Program-made: the position numbers and the translations under genes
Notes under the pieces: model-generated
The model's input: the letters and a program-made list of their open reading frames with translations, nothing else
The model's database searches: none
Told to the model about the DNA's origin: nothing
Shown here: positions 25,851 to 37,793 of the stretch, piece by piece
How the letters are laid out: every line of letters begins with the position of its first letter
How positions within the stretch are numbered: the stretch's first letter is position 1
From: Mobula hypostoma
Taxonomy: Eukaryota
Direction: 5' to 3'
Assembly (NCBI RefSeq): GCF_963921235.1
Contig: NC_086097.1
Span: 244,964,001-245,028,000 of the forward strand
Length of the DNA: 64,000 nucleotides

Positions 25851-28013
25851 CAACACGCATCAAAGTTGCTGGTGAACGCAGCAGGCCGGGCAGCATCTAT
25901 AGGAAGAGGTACAGTTGACGTTTCAGGTCGAGACCCTTCGTCGGGACTAACTGAAAGAAGAGATAGAGATTTGAAAGTGGGAGGGGGAGGGGGAGATCCG
26001 AAATGATAGGAGAAGACAGGAGGGGAAGGGATGGAGCCAAGAGCTGGAAAGTTTATTGGCAAAAGGAATATGAGAGGATCATGGGGCAGGAGGCCTAGGG
26101 AGAAAGAAAGGGGGAGGGGGGAAGCCTAGAGGATGGGCAAGGAGTATAGTGAGAGGTACAGAGGGAGAAAAAGGAGAAAGAGAGAAAAAAAATTAATAAT
26201 AATAAATAACAGATGGGGTATGAAGGGGAGGCGGGGCATTAACGGAAGTTAGAGAAGTCAGTGTCAGACATCCCATCCTGCAAAAACTCATTTCAGGGAG
26301 GTCTCAACCTCATAGCAGTCTGTGTCAATGAATTTGTTAATTTTGCAAGACATCAGATTCACAAGTGTTTTGTGAGACAGCTGACTTCTGAATTCTGTCT
26401 TAATGTGCCATGTTCACAATAGCTGCTGTCTTGGTTGATGAGCAGGCATAGTTTTTGCTATTTCTGAATCAGGAAACATTTTCCTGAATAGCTTGCATGT
26501 GTGCTTACACACCTGGAATGGCAGGTTATGCTCAATGATGAAAGATGTAAAGTACACCTCAGCTCTAGTGACCTTCTCTGTCAGACTTTGTTTTCCTGCT
26601 GAAAAGAACTGTGAAATACTTGAGCAGCTGTCCCTGCACTTAGCCTCCCTAACATGTTGTGTTCCCTAAAAGAAATAAAAGCATAAGGTGTATCCTTATT
26701 ACAGGTGTGCGCCGCTTAACGTCCATTCGGACAACGTCCGATCGCATATACGTCCGCAGTCACACACACATATTGCCTGCAATAGTCGGGATCAGAACTT
26801 ACTTTTTTACATCGAAATGGGGGATTTTAAATGAGTGATTTAGAAGTTCTGTATCTTCAAGTTCAAGTTTATTGTCATCTGGCTGACTGTCCACAAACGA
26901 AACAACCTCTGTCCAGACCACGGTGTAGCCACAATACATATATCACACACACCACATAAAACAACATGTTACCATATTATTTAATAAAGTGTAATTCAAA
27001 ATGCATATAAAGTGCGCAGCAGAGGTAAACAGCTCACTGTCCTAATGACGAGACCTGAGTGGGAGCTGGGTATTTATTAAAATCGGTTTTTCTTCTGAAA
27101 ACGGCTGCGCTTAAATGCAGCCCATCGCGGGCTTCGATGTACCTGTAAGTGGAAGTGTTTCAGGGAAAAAAAACCCAAAGAATTTGCTTGCTGTAAGCAC
27201 GTTTTTAAAGATGTCTTAGCGGACGATTTTGGAATTTCGCTCCAATTTAAACCCCGCTCTAATTCCCTTTAAGACACCAAAGCACGCCGCCCGTATAGGA
27301 CAGCCTCGCATAGTCAGGTTGTCACCGCCAGCCTTGGGAATTTCTTCGCCAGGCTTTTGTACTTCATTACTGACAGTTGACTGGATCATTTCAGTGTCAT
27401 TACAGATGGCAGTAACTGAACTGATGGACTATGGAAGAGAGAGGTCGACTGTAAAGCCCGCCCACAGAGAAAACTGATCGGTCTACTTAGCACAAAGAGC
27501 GATCAAGCCAGATTCATTCATTTTCTATCTTTCTTTTTCCCCTCTCCCTCTCTAAAAAATCGATTTCTGGGATATTGTACATAATTTATGGGCATCAGGG
27601 AGCCACTATCAATATGTGGGAGAGTCCCGGAACTCCCAGGAGAGGTGGGATGTCTGCAATGTTCAGGTTGGAGGCTACCCAGACGGAATATAAGGTGTTG
27701 TTCCTCCAACCTGAGTGTGGCTTCATCCTTACAGTAGAGGAGGCCGTGGATAGACATATCAGAATGGGAATGGGACGTGGAATTAAAATGTGTGGCCACT
27801 GGGAGATCCTGCTTTCTCTGGTGGATAGAGCGTAGGCGTTCAGCGAAACAGTCTCCCAGCCTGCGTCGGGTCTCGCCAATATATAGAAGGCTGCATCGGG
27901 AGCACCGGACGCAGTATATCACCCCAGCCGACTCACGGGTGAAGTGTCGCCTCACCTGGAAGGACTGTCTGGGGCCCTGAATGGTGATGAGGGAGGAAGT
28001 GTAAGGGCATAAG
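25851..28013 (-). mobile_element. Penelope-like element with 12 bp TSD, itself interrupted at 26265-27656
   Basis: GIY-YIG ORF 27660-27955 and terminal repeat 25851-26262 (HHR core mutated to CCGACGA). TSD tgttggtataag at 25839-25850 and 28014-28025. Confidence 0.87.
26265..27656. mobile_element. Putative non-autonomous TIR DNA transposon (hAT-like ends) containing a Tigger3-like end at 26702
   Basis: Ends CAGACATCCCATC / GGTGGGATGTCTG lie exactly where the Penelope sequence is interrupted. Internal TA|CAGGTGTGCGCCGCTTAACGTCC...CGCATATACG resembles recalled Tigger3-type termini. Confidence 0.65.
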
Positions 28014-28434
28014 TGTTGGTATAAGTCGGGTCTAAAGTATTCTCACCACTAGGAGCAAAGTCAATATGCTGATAGAATTTTGTGAGGGTTGTCTTTAGGT
28101 TAACATGGTTGAAGTCAGAATCAGTATCAGGTTTATCACCGGCATGCACCGTGAAATTTGTTAATTTAGCAGCAGCAGTTCAATGCAATACATAATCTGG
28201 CAGAGAAAAAAATAACAACAATAAAATAAAATAAAAATAATAATAAACAAGTACATTAATTACATATATTTAGATATAGATTTTTTCAATGTACAAAAAC
28301 AGAAATACTGTATATTTTTTAAAAAGTGAGGTAGTGTCCAAAGATTCAATGTCCATTTAGGAATCGGATTGCAGAGGGGAAGAAGCTGTTCATGAATCGC
28401 TGAGTGTGTGCCTTCAGGCTTCTGTACCTCCTAT

Positions 28435-29562
28435 CAGAGCCAGATTAAGCTAGTGCGGGGCCTGTAGCATATGTTATAAAGGGCCCCTAAATTTAAAAAA
28501 TGCACATAAGTATTGAAACATAAATTATTTACTTGCATAGTAAAGTAATTCAATTTTTTTCATTTGCTGTACAGCCAGATAATATGACAAATGTCTGACA
28601 CTTCAGTAATAGTATTACTTACATGTAGGTATCAATTTCAAATGTCAAAAGTAACAAAACTACAATTTAAAAGTTACATTTTCTATATTTAGCATGAGCA
28701 AATTTGTTGATGATACTGGAAATGGCTATTTCACGCAGAAGTTCATGTTCAATGCTCATTCGAGTGAGATTGTTCAATCTGTTTTGACCCATGGTGCTCC
28801 TTAGTTCATTTTTAATCCTTTTCAGTTTTGAAAATGAGCGTTCTCCACTGCAGTTGGTAACCATGAGTGACAAATAGATGGGCATTTTCTACATTTGGAA
28901 AACATGACTCCAAAGAATTGTCAGTTATCAAACGGTACAACTGTAACTCTACAAGGTCTTATTTGGCGCCAATATGAGAAGCAAGATCAATTTTCAACAG
29001 TTCAGTAAACTGCACAAATTCTTCATCAAGACTTTCTTCCAGATCTTCTGGATATGATTTAATAAGATTTGATGACCTCTTTAAGATCTCTTCAGGTGTA
29101 AACGACTGTAACTGATGAAGGAATCCAAAAACACCATTCACCTTTAGATAAGCTTTCTGCCTTTTTGACAGGGTAGAAAGCAAGCTGTCAATAATGGCAA
29201 GAAATGTTCAGCTTTTAAACTTCTGAGAAAGCGTTTGAGATTCAACAAGTGGATCAAGAGTGCTGGAACCACTGAAATCATCATACACATGATTTTGCTT
29301 GTGTTTTCTTCGAACTTGCTGTTGATAATCTTCACACTCAGTTAGATCCTTGGCTTTTTGCTCAATGTCTGAAAAAATAGACCGCATAGCTTGTATATAT
29401 CCATGCAAGGATTCATAGAGTGCACAAGCTGTGTTCAAGTCTTGGCCAGAAGATTGCAAAGAAGCATCGGTCATTTGAAAACGCTGAAATACTTGATCCC
29501 ACAATATGACCATTATACCTGTTTCCAACTTCATCATGGTTGAAAGTAGTCCACACACTCTA
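28435..29562 (-). mobile_element. hAT (Tip100/ZMYM1-like) transposase 3' half and one terminus
   Basis: IYLSLMVTNCSGERSFSKLKRIKNELRSTMGQNRLNNL dimerisation motif. Terminus CAGAGCCAGATTAAG...GGGGCC at 28435. Confidence 0.85.
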
Positions 29563-29564
29563 AT

Positions 29565-31140
29565 CACAAAATAATCTGCAGATGCTGGGGTCAAAGCAAC
29601 ACTCACAACACTCTGGAGGAACTCAGCAGGTCGGGCAGCATCCGTGGAAAAGATTGGTCGATGGTTCGGGCCAGAACCCTTCATCAGGACTGTAGGGGGA
29701 AGGGGCAGAGGCCCTATAAAGAAGGTGGGGGGAAAGTGGGAAGGAGAAGGCTGGTAGGTTCCAGATGAAAAACCAGTAAGGGGAAAGATAAAGGGGAGGG
29801 GGAGTGGAGGCAGGGAGGTGATAGGCAGGAAAGATGAAGAAGGAATAGGGGAAAACATAATGGGTAGAAGAGGGAGGTGGTAGGCAGCTGGGGGAGGGGG
29901 CAGAGTGACATAGGGATAGGGGAAGGGAGGGGGAGGGAATTACCAGAAGTTGGAGAATTCTATGTTCATACCAAGGGGCTAGAGACTACCTAGATGGTAT
30001 ATAAGGTGTTACTCCTCCAACCTGAGTTTAGCCTCATCATGGCAGTAGAGGAGGCCATGTATGGACATATCTGAATGGGAGTGGGAAGCAGAGTTGAAGT
30101 GGGTGGCTACTGGTAGATCCTGTCTGTTTTGGCGGACGGAGCGGAGGTGCTCGATGAAGCGGTCCCCCAATCTGCGTCGGGTTTCACCGATGTAGAGGAG
30201 GCCGCACCGGATGCAATAGATGACCCCAACAGACTCACAAGTGAAGTGTTGCCTCACCTGGAAGGACTGTTTGGGGCCCTGAATGGTGGCAAGAGAGGAG
30301 GTATAGGGACAGGTGTAGCACTTGCGCTTACAGGGATAAGTGCCAGGTGGGAGATCTGTGGGGAGGGACGTGTGGACCAGGGAGTCGCGGAGGGACCGAT
30401 CCCCGCGGAAGGTGGAGAGGGAAAGATGTGCTTAGTGGTGGGGTCTTGTTGAAGGTGGCAGAAGTTGCGGAGGATAATGTGCTGGATCCGGAGGCTGGTG
30501 GGGTGGTAGGTGAGGACAAGGGGAACTCTATCCCTGTTGTGGTGGCGGGAGGATGGGGTGAGAGCCGAAGTGCTGGAAATGGAGGAGATGCGGGTGAGGG
30601 CATCATTGATGACAGCAGAAGGGAAACCACGATCCTTAAAGAAAGAGAACATTTGAGATGTCCTGGAACGGAAAACCTCATCCTCAGAGCAGATGCGGTG
30701 GAGACGGAGGAACTGGGAATAGAGAATGGCATTTTTGCATGTGGCGTTGGAGGAAGAGGTATAGTTGAGGTAGTTATGAGAGTCAGTGGGCTTGTAGAAG
30801 ATGTCAGTGGACAGTCTGTCTCCAGAGATGGAGACCGAGAGATCGAGAAAGGGGAGAGAAGTGTCCGATATTTCCCACTTTCTTTAGACCAAGAGTGTAT
30901 CTATGGGAACTCGCATGGGCCCTAGCTATGCCTGCCTCTTCGTTGGTTATGTGGAACAGTCTGTGCTCCAAACTTATTCTGGTACCGCTCCCCAACTTTT
31001 CCTTCAATACATTGACGACTGCATTGGTGCTGCTTCCTGCACCCATGCTGAGCTCGTCAATTTCATCGACTTTACTTCAAACTTCCACCCAGCCCTCAAA
31101 TTCACTGGGTCTATCTTGGACACTTCTCTCCCCTTTCTCT
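29565..31140. mobile_element. Penelope-like element (second subfamily), minus-strand 3' part plus inverted plus-strand RT fragment
   Basis: GIY-YIG 30009-30257(-) and linker 30254-30652(-). RT motifs MGTRMGPSYACLFVG and QYIDDCIG at 30903-31142(+). Confidence 0.88.
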
Positions 31141-31566
31141 AACATCGACTTCTCTAACTTGCGCGAATGCCCCACCTCCCCCTCGTACCCCATCCGTTAT
31201 TTATTTATATGCATACATTCTTTTTCTCTCTCTCCTTTTTCTCCCTCTGTCCCTCTCACTATACCCCTTGCCCATCCTCTGGGTTTTTCCCCCCTCCCCC
31301 TTTTCCTTTTCCCTAGGCCTCCTGTCCCATGATCCTCTCATATCCCTTTTGCCAATCACCTGTCCAGCTCTTGGCTCCATCCCTCCCCCTCCTGTCTTCT
31401 CCTATCATTTTGGATCCCCCCCCTCCCCCTCCCACTTCCAAATCTCTTACTAGCTCTTCCTTCAGTTAGTCCTGACGAAGGGTCTCGGCCCGAAACGTCG
31501 ACGGTACCTCTTCCTATAGATGCTGCCTGGCCTGCTGCGTTCACCAGCAACTTTGATGTGTGTTGC
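31141..31566 (+). mobile_element. Penelope terminal repeat (first subfamily) ending at TGTTGC
   Basis: Homologous to 21303-21724. Confidence 0.88.
31468..31503 (+). ncRNA. Minimal hammerhead ribozyme motif about 430 nt upstream of the last CLASP acceptor
   Basis: gtc-CTGACGA-a-ggg-tctcgg-ccc-GAAAC-GTC-gac. Confidence 0.75.
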
Positions 31567-31931
31567 TCTGATTTTGTTAGGGTAGGTAGTGGTAAACATA
31601 CTCCATAAAAGTCTGTAACCAGAGGATAAAGATCAAGGTAAGAAGCAAGAAGTGTTTGAGAAGCAGTGGAACAGAGACTGCTACAACACTTAACAAATAC
31701 CTGGACAAGCCAAGACACACGGGCTTACAGCCCAAGTGGTGTTGATGGTTGGCATGGGCAGAAGGGCCATATGTATTCTGTTCTGTATGGCTCCATAACT
31801 TTATTGCTTGAATTTAAGTTCTAACTCGCCCTACCGTTCTGAATTCATTAGATTCACAAATGGATATTGTCCGCAATCCTGTTTAAATCAGGTTTATTGA
31901 AAAAGTAACCTTTATTTGTTTTGTGTTTCAG

Positions 31932-32018
31932 ATGAAATTGTTGAATTTGTATATTAAACGTGCACAGACGGGATCCAGCACAAGTGGCTCGGCGTCAGAC
32001 CTCACCGGTCAGAGCTAG
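31932..32018 (+). CDS. CLASP2: CLASP terminal coding exon with stop codon
   Basis: tgtttcag|ATG; translates MKLLNLYIKRAQTGSSTSGSASDLTGQS*. The RAQTGS...GQS end resembles CLASP2 rather than CLASP1 (which ends ...STHS). Confidence 0.93.
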   Translation: MKLLNLYIKRAQTGSSTSGSASDLTGQS

Positions 32019-33545
32019 AGTTAGCAGCTGCTTTCTCATGGGTCTCCAAGGGAAGGAACTGCGTGCTCTTCGATGGAACTTTCATCATGGCTCTACACAG
32101 CAAATGACTTCCCTCAGTCTGCATGTGACTGTTACACCAAAATTTATTCCAAATCAGAGGAGACAGTATTAGTCAGTTCAGATAACACTCAAACCTTCTC
32201 GCCCAAGATCTCTGCGTCTTTTAATTAAAAGTTTACCAGTATTACTGTTGTATAAATAAAATGCTAATTATGATTAAAGAGGAATGCATTCAGCTTCAGA
32301 AAAAAATTTTCTTTTGCTTCTACCCAGCAGCGGTATTGTTTCTTTTTGCAACATAATTTGCTTCTGGTTAGATTTCACAAATAATCAGTAAAGGAGCAGC
32401 CTGCGATAAATCAGAGTGGAACCGGGTTGATGCAGAAACAACCTGCCTTGTTTTCAGTGCATGCTGTCACAACAAAGCCCTAGGGATTGTAACTTTATTT
32501 CACGGAAAGTAGGGATCTAGAATTAGCCAGTTTTCCTGTGTTACCTTTTCGCCAACTTGGTCTGTGTTCCTTCAACAAAAGGAATGCTAACCGTAGCAAA
32601 GGAAGGTAGAGGAGTCTAGCATCCCTGATGTGCTGTTTCTCAGCAGCACATTTCAGTGTCTATGTACAGGTTACATAAGGCTTGTACCATTTCCAAATGG
32701 ATATGAACCACTCTTGCCATCACACCTTCTTCAAGCAGAGTGCATCGGAATGGAGTGTTCTACACAAGCACAGTCAGTACGTAACATTCATGTTCAGTAT
32801 GTAGTTCTTAAGTTCTACTAAAATGCTGGTAGAAAATCCATTGAGGGTTTTGCCTAGTCGCTTTCAGTAAGTAGACAGCAATTACAGTGATAATGTTACT
32901 GGCCTGCTTTCTGTGTTGAAAATGTTCCAGGAATCTAACATTTAAAAGCAACTATCTGTACACATTACTGTGCAAAAATCAAAAGATTTTGATAGCGTCC
33001 ATTGTGGAAAGCAAGTACAATTGATAAATAGAAAAATGACAGCAGCTTATATTCGTGTTTTCTCTACCTCTGCAGCGGGTAGATTTTCTTTCAACCTGCT
33101 AAGTTCCACTTTTTAAGGAAAAAAATTAACGAAGTCTACCACTATTAATCAGTAGCTAATTTGAGTCATTCATAGTGACAAACGTTGTCGTAAGCCAATA
33201 CTGGAACTAGGTTTGTTGCCAGCTTGTTCAGTGATGATGTGCAAATGGACCTTGGGGTGTGAAGTCCAGAGCAAAAGTGAAATGAAATCGAAATGAAAAA
33301 GCAAAACATGAATCAGACTGTTTTGCTGCTGTTTGAACGTTGCTCTTTTTGTTTTATGAAAAATTTATAGAAATTTATTTAAAGATTTTAAGGGAACTGT
33401 TTATCTGTTTTTAAGCCCCTGCATCAAGAATATAGTGGTACGTGAATGTTTATTTGGACTACACTATTATTTGATGTATTTATAGTTATGTGCTTACAAA
33501 TGTGCATACACTGGCAATAAACTGTATATAATATCTCATTCTTGT
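32019..33545 (+). promoter_or_regulatory. CLASP 3' UTR with proximal (32255) and distal (33516) AATAAA polyadenylation signals
   Basis: AT-rich block after the stop codon with no recognisable TE. AATAAA at 32255-32260 and 33516-33521. The 3' end is approximate. Confidence 0.7.
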
Positions 33546-35014
33546 CACCAAGATTGATTATTCCATCATCTAGTTTTAAAATGTTTTAGAAAATATTGGA
33601 ATCCAATATAAACTGCAAGGTTTTGTCATGATGAAGATTTAGTAATTTGTGGCATGTGGATTTTGCCATAGTTACTCATTTGAGTAACTTTCAATGGGTT
33701 TGTATGTCTCAATTTCTTATTTACTTATGCAGAGTTGAATTTATTTGTGGCTTGTGGGAAAAAATATGCATTTTGAAACTAGTCCTTTATAAAATAATAC
33801 CAAGGAATGACCAATCTGAACTGTAGGAATTAGGACAAAAGCTTAGTTTAATTTTGTTTCAGTGAACATAGAATAGTACAGGTTCTTTAGCCTGTGATAT
33901 TGTGACAATCTTTCAGCCGACTCTAAGATCAATCTTACCCTTCCCTTTTACATAGCCCCCCATTTTTCTATCATCTATGGGCATTTAAAATGTTGCTATT
34001 GTGTCTACTTCTACCACCACCTCCTTTAGCTGTGTCTCCACCTCCGATGAAGATCCCTCTGAAAACCCAAGTAAACAACATCCACTGACTCCTTTGTCTG
34101 CTGCCTGTTATTTCCTCAAAGAATTCCAACAGATTTATCAGACAAGATTTCCCCTTAAGGAAACCATGCTGACTTTTGCCTACTTTATCATGTGCCTCCC
34201 AAATACCCCGAAACCTCAGCTTCAAATATAGACTATAACATCTTCCCAACCACTGAAGTCAGGCTATCTGGCCTAAAATTTCCTGTCTTTTGCCTCCCTC
34301 TCTTCTTCAAAGTTGAAAGTAAAATTTATTATCATAGTACATTCACGTCACCACATACATACAACCATGAAGTTCTTTTTCCGCAGGCATACTTAGCAGG
34401 TCTATAGAATGGTAACTGTAGACAGGAGCAATGCACAACAAACTGCAAATGCAGATATAAATAAATAGTGAGCATGAAATAACATAAAGAGTCCTTAAAC
34501 TGAGACCATTGGTTGTAGGAAATAGAAATAGAATGTGTGTAGTTATCCCCTTTTGTTCAAGAGCCTGATGGTTGAGGGGCAGTAACTATTCTGGAACCTA
34601 GTGGTGCCAGTCCTGAGGCACTTGTACCTTAAACCTGATGGCAGCAGTGAGAAAAGAGCATAGCCTGGTGGTGAGGATCATTGATGATGGATGCTGCTTT
34701 TCTATGGCAACATTTCATGTAGGTGTGCTCAATGGTAGGGAGGGTTTTACCCGTGATGTACTCAGCTGAATCCACTTAAAGAGTGGAGTGGCATTTGCAA
34801 TGTTCCAGTTCTCCAGAACCATTCCTGAATCTAGTGATTCTTGAAAGATCATTACTAATGCCACCACAATCACTTCAGTGACCTTTCAGAACCCTGGGGT
34901 GTAGTCCATCTAGTCTAAGTGACTTAACTACTTTCAGACCTTTCAGCTTCCCAAGCACTTTCTTATTCATAGCAACTACAATCACTTCTGCTTTCTGACG
35001 TACTGCTGGTGTCC

Positions 35015-36180
35015 TCCACGGTGCCACAGGAAAGGAAGGGGAAATGAGACTGAGTACGAAGGTGGGGGGAGGGGAAAGAGTACGAGCAGGCAGGTGATAG
35101 GTGAAACCAGGTGAGTGGGTGGGGAATGGAGGTTGAAGTAAGAAGCTGGGAGGGGATAGGTGCATGAGCTAAAGGGCTGAAGAAGCAAGAAACTGATAGG
35201 AAAGCAGGGTTGGACCATGGGAGATGAGGAAGAAGGAGGGGCACCAGATGGAGGTGATGGGAAAGTTGGAAGAGAAAGGCTGAGAGGCAGGTCAGATTGG
35301 GGGATGGAAAAGAGAGAAGGGAGAGGAATTACCTGCAGTTAAATAAATCAATGTCCATGCCATTGGGTTGAAGGCTACCCAGACAGAATATGAGGAAGTC
35401 ATGGACCAACATGTTGAAGTGAGAATGGGAAGATGAATTGAAATGTGTGAGAACCTGCTGAGTTCCTCCAGCATTTTATGTGTCCTGTCTACCCATTTCA
35501 GGCACATATTTCAATCCCATGTTCTGCAATCTGGACCTCACCCCAAAGTCTACTTTTAACATTGGTACCAACATGGACCACAGCCTTTGGAAATTTACCT
35601 TCCATTTTCAGGGTGCATTTGGGCAGTTACTTCCACTCACTTCTCCTATCATATTTCTTCTTCAGCCCTTTACCTATTCCACCTATCATCTCCCATTTTT
35701 TAATTCATTCCCTCACCCTCCCAACCTTTACCCTTATCTTGTCTCACCTATCACTTGCCAGCTTGTAATCCTCTTCCTCCCACCACCTCTTATTCTGGCT
35801 TCTTCCCCCTTCCTTTCCAGTCCTGATGAACGGTCTTGGCCTGAAACGTCAACTGTTTATTCCCTTCCATAGATGCCGCCAGACCTGTTGAGTTCCTCCA
35901 CCACAGTGTGTGTGTGTGTGTTGTTCAACATTTCCAGCATCTGCAGAATCTCCAGAATTTAGAAACGTTAACTGATCCTCGCCCCACAAATGCATCCTTA
36001 CCTGCTGAGTTCCTCCAGTACTGTATGTGTGTGTGTGTGTGTTGCTCTAGAAGCAGATTGTATATGAGTCCTGAAGAAAGGTCTCGGCCCGAAATATTGA
36101 CTGATTACTCTGAGTTCCCCCAGCATTTATATCTGTTGATTGGATTTCCTGCATCTGCAGATTTTCTCCTGTTTGTGTAT
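35015..36180. mobile_element. Cluster of older Penelope terminal-repeat fragments with tandem HHR motifs
   Basis: CTGATGA...GAAACGTC at 35823-35850 and CTGAAGA...GAAATATT at 36071-36098. Repeated cctgctgagttcctccag and ccagcatctgcaga tails. Confidence 0.7.
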
Positions 36181-37456
36181 GAGAAGAGATTAGTTACCAA
36201 TATAAATATAATTCCAAAAGTGTTTTATAGAAATATAAACTATAAAAGGAAAGTGCATGGAAGTAGAGAGCCCATTAAAGACAAGATCAGAATCAGATCT
36301 AGTATCACCAGCAATATAGCATGAAATTTGTTGTCTTTGCAGCAGCAGTACAATGCAATACAAAATAATAGAGGAAACAATGGAATTACAGAAAGTGTAT
36401 GTATGTGTGTGTGTGTATATAAGGGTTAAATGAATAGTGCAAAAATAGAAATAAAAAAAAGTAGTGAGGTCGTATTCATGGGTTCCATGTCCATTCACAA
36501 ATTGGATGCCAGAGGGGAAGAGGGGTTCCTGAATTGTTGAGTGTGTACCTTCACACTTCTGTACCTTCTTCCTGAGAAGAGGGCATGTCCTGGGTGATGG
36601 GGATCCTTAATGATGGACGCTGCCTTTTTGAGGCCTTGCTCCTTGAAGATGTCCTGGATACTTCATAGGTAGCGCTCATAATGGAGATGACTTGAGTTTA
36701 GAACTCTGCAGCTCATTTCGATCCTGCTGAAATTGGGGACTTGCACTTAGATGCTTAACCATGATTGATTTAATCAAATCAAATCAAGTTTAATTATCAT
36801 TCAAACTATACATAGATACAGCTGAATGAGACAGCATTCCTTTGGGGTCAAGATGCAAAACATTCAAAATAGCAAGCGAACATTCAAAAATAGCAAGCAA
36901 AAAGCATATTCAACTGAAAATAAAACCCAAGACCCTGAACAACAATGTCCGGCAATCAATGGTAGTCTCCTGACAGTGTGCAAACACATGTAATACAGCC
37001 TGACATTCTACAACTCGAATGGGCAGAACCAACGAGAGTGGCCAGGCCCTAGCCGAGCTCAACTACACTGTAAATGCTTCAGCGTCTCTCACCTGGTTAG
37101 CAGACATGCCTGAGGCTTGAGGCCTGGTTCTCTTTACAACCAAGGCTACACAGTTCCCACTTCACCTGTCTAACCACCAGACAAGGGTAACGGACCTGTG
37201 GCAGCTTACATTATCACTGTCCAATAGAGTCTTGCAATCACAAGTGAAATGTCTGAGATGATCTCCCACGGTTACAGTGCACCAACTCAGATGGGCAGCA
37301 ACATTGTCTCCTCCAACATCCAGACGGGCTCCTACAAACCCAAACTGGCTCCTCCGCTATCCCGACCGGCTCCTTCAATATCCTGAAAGTCTCCAATATC
37401 CTGGTGGTCTCCTCTGATATCCAAACTGGCTCCTTCTCCAATATCCTGGCCTTGTT

Positions 37457-37681
37457 GAGATGGCTGAGATGTTGAAGGAGGAGATGGCTGAGATGTTGAA
37501 GGAGGAGATGGCTGAGATGTTGAAGGAGGATGGCTGAGATGTTGAAGGAGGAGATCGCTGAGATGTTGAAGGAGGAGATGGCTGAGATGTTGAAGGAGGA
37601 GATGGCTGAGATATTGAAGGAGGAGATCGCTGAGATGTTGTAGGAGGAGATGGCTGAGATGTTGAAGGAAGAGATGGCTGG
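37457..37681. repeat. 24 bp minisatellite, about 9 copies
   Basis: Unit GATGGCTGAGATGTTGAAGGAGGA repeated with few substitutions and one 2 bp deletion. Confidence 0.95.
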
Positions 37682-37793
37682 GATACTGAACACATAAAAC
37701 ATTGACAGCACGTAGATTAGAAAAGTTGTCTGAACTTCAGGTAGGAAAATTAACGAGAGCAGCAGTGGCACACATAGGGTACTGAGGAAAATA

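Larger units (their letters stand above)
24342..28115 (-). mobile_element. Rex1/Babar-like non-LTR retrotransposon split by a Penelope insertion at 25851-28013
   Basis: APE piece DFNHVNLKTTLTKFYQHIDF...TLDPTYTN (28014-28115) continues as YTNIAGAYKATPCPH (below 25850). RT motifs NNYRPVALTS and FTDDTTVVGLI. Direct repeat tgttggtataag on both sides of the insert. Confidence 0.85.

Noticed and set aside
28667..29562. ZMYM1-like host gene
   Set aside because: Fragmented hAT transposase with a terminal repeat, truncated by a Penelope.
37457..37681. CRISPR-like array
   Set aside because: The repeats are directly adjacent with no unique spacers, the context is eukaryotic and there are no cas genes. 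It is a minisatellite.
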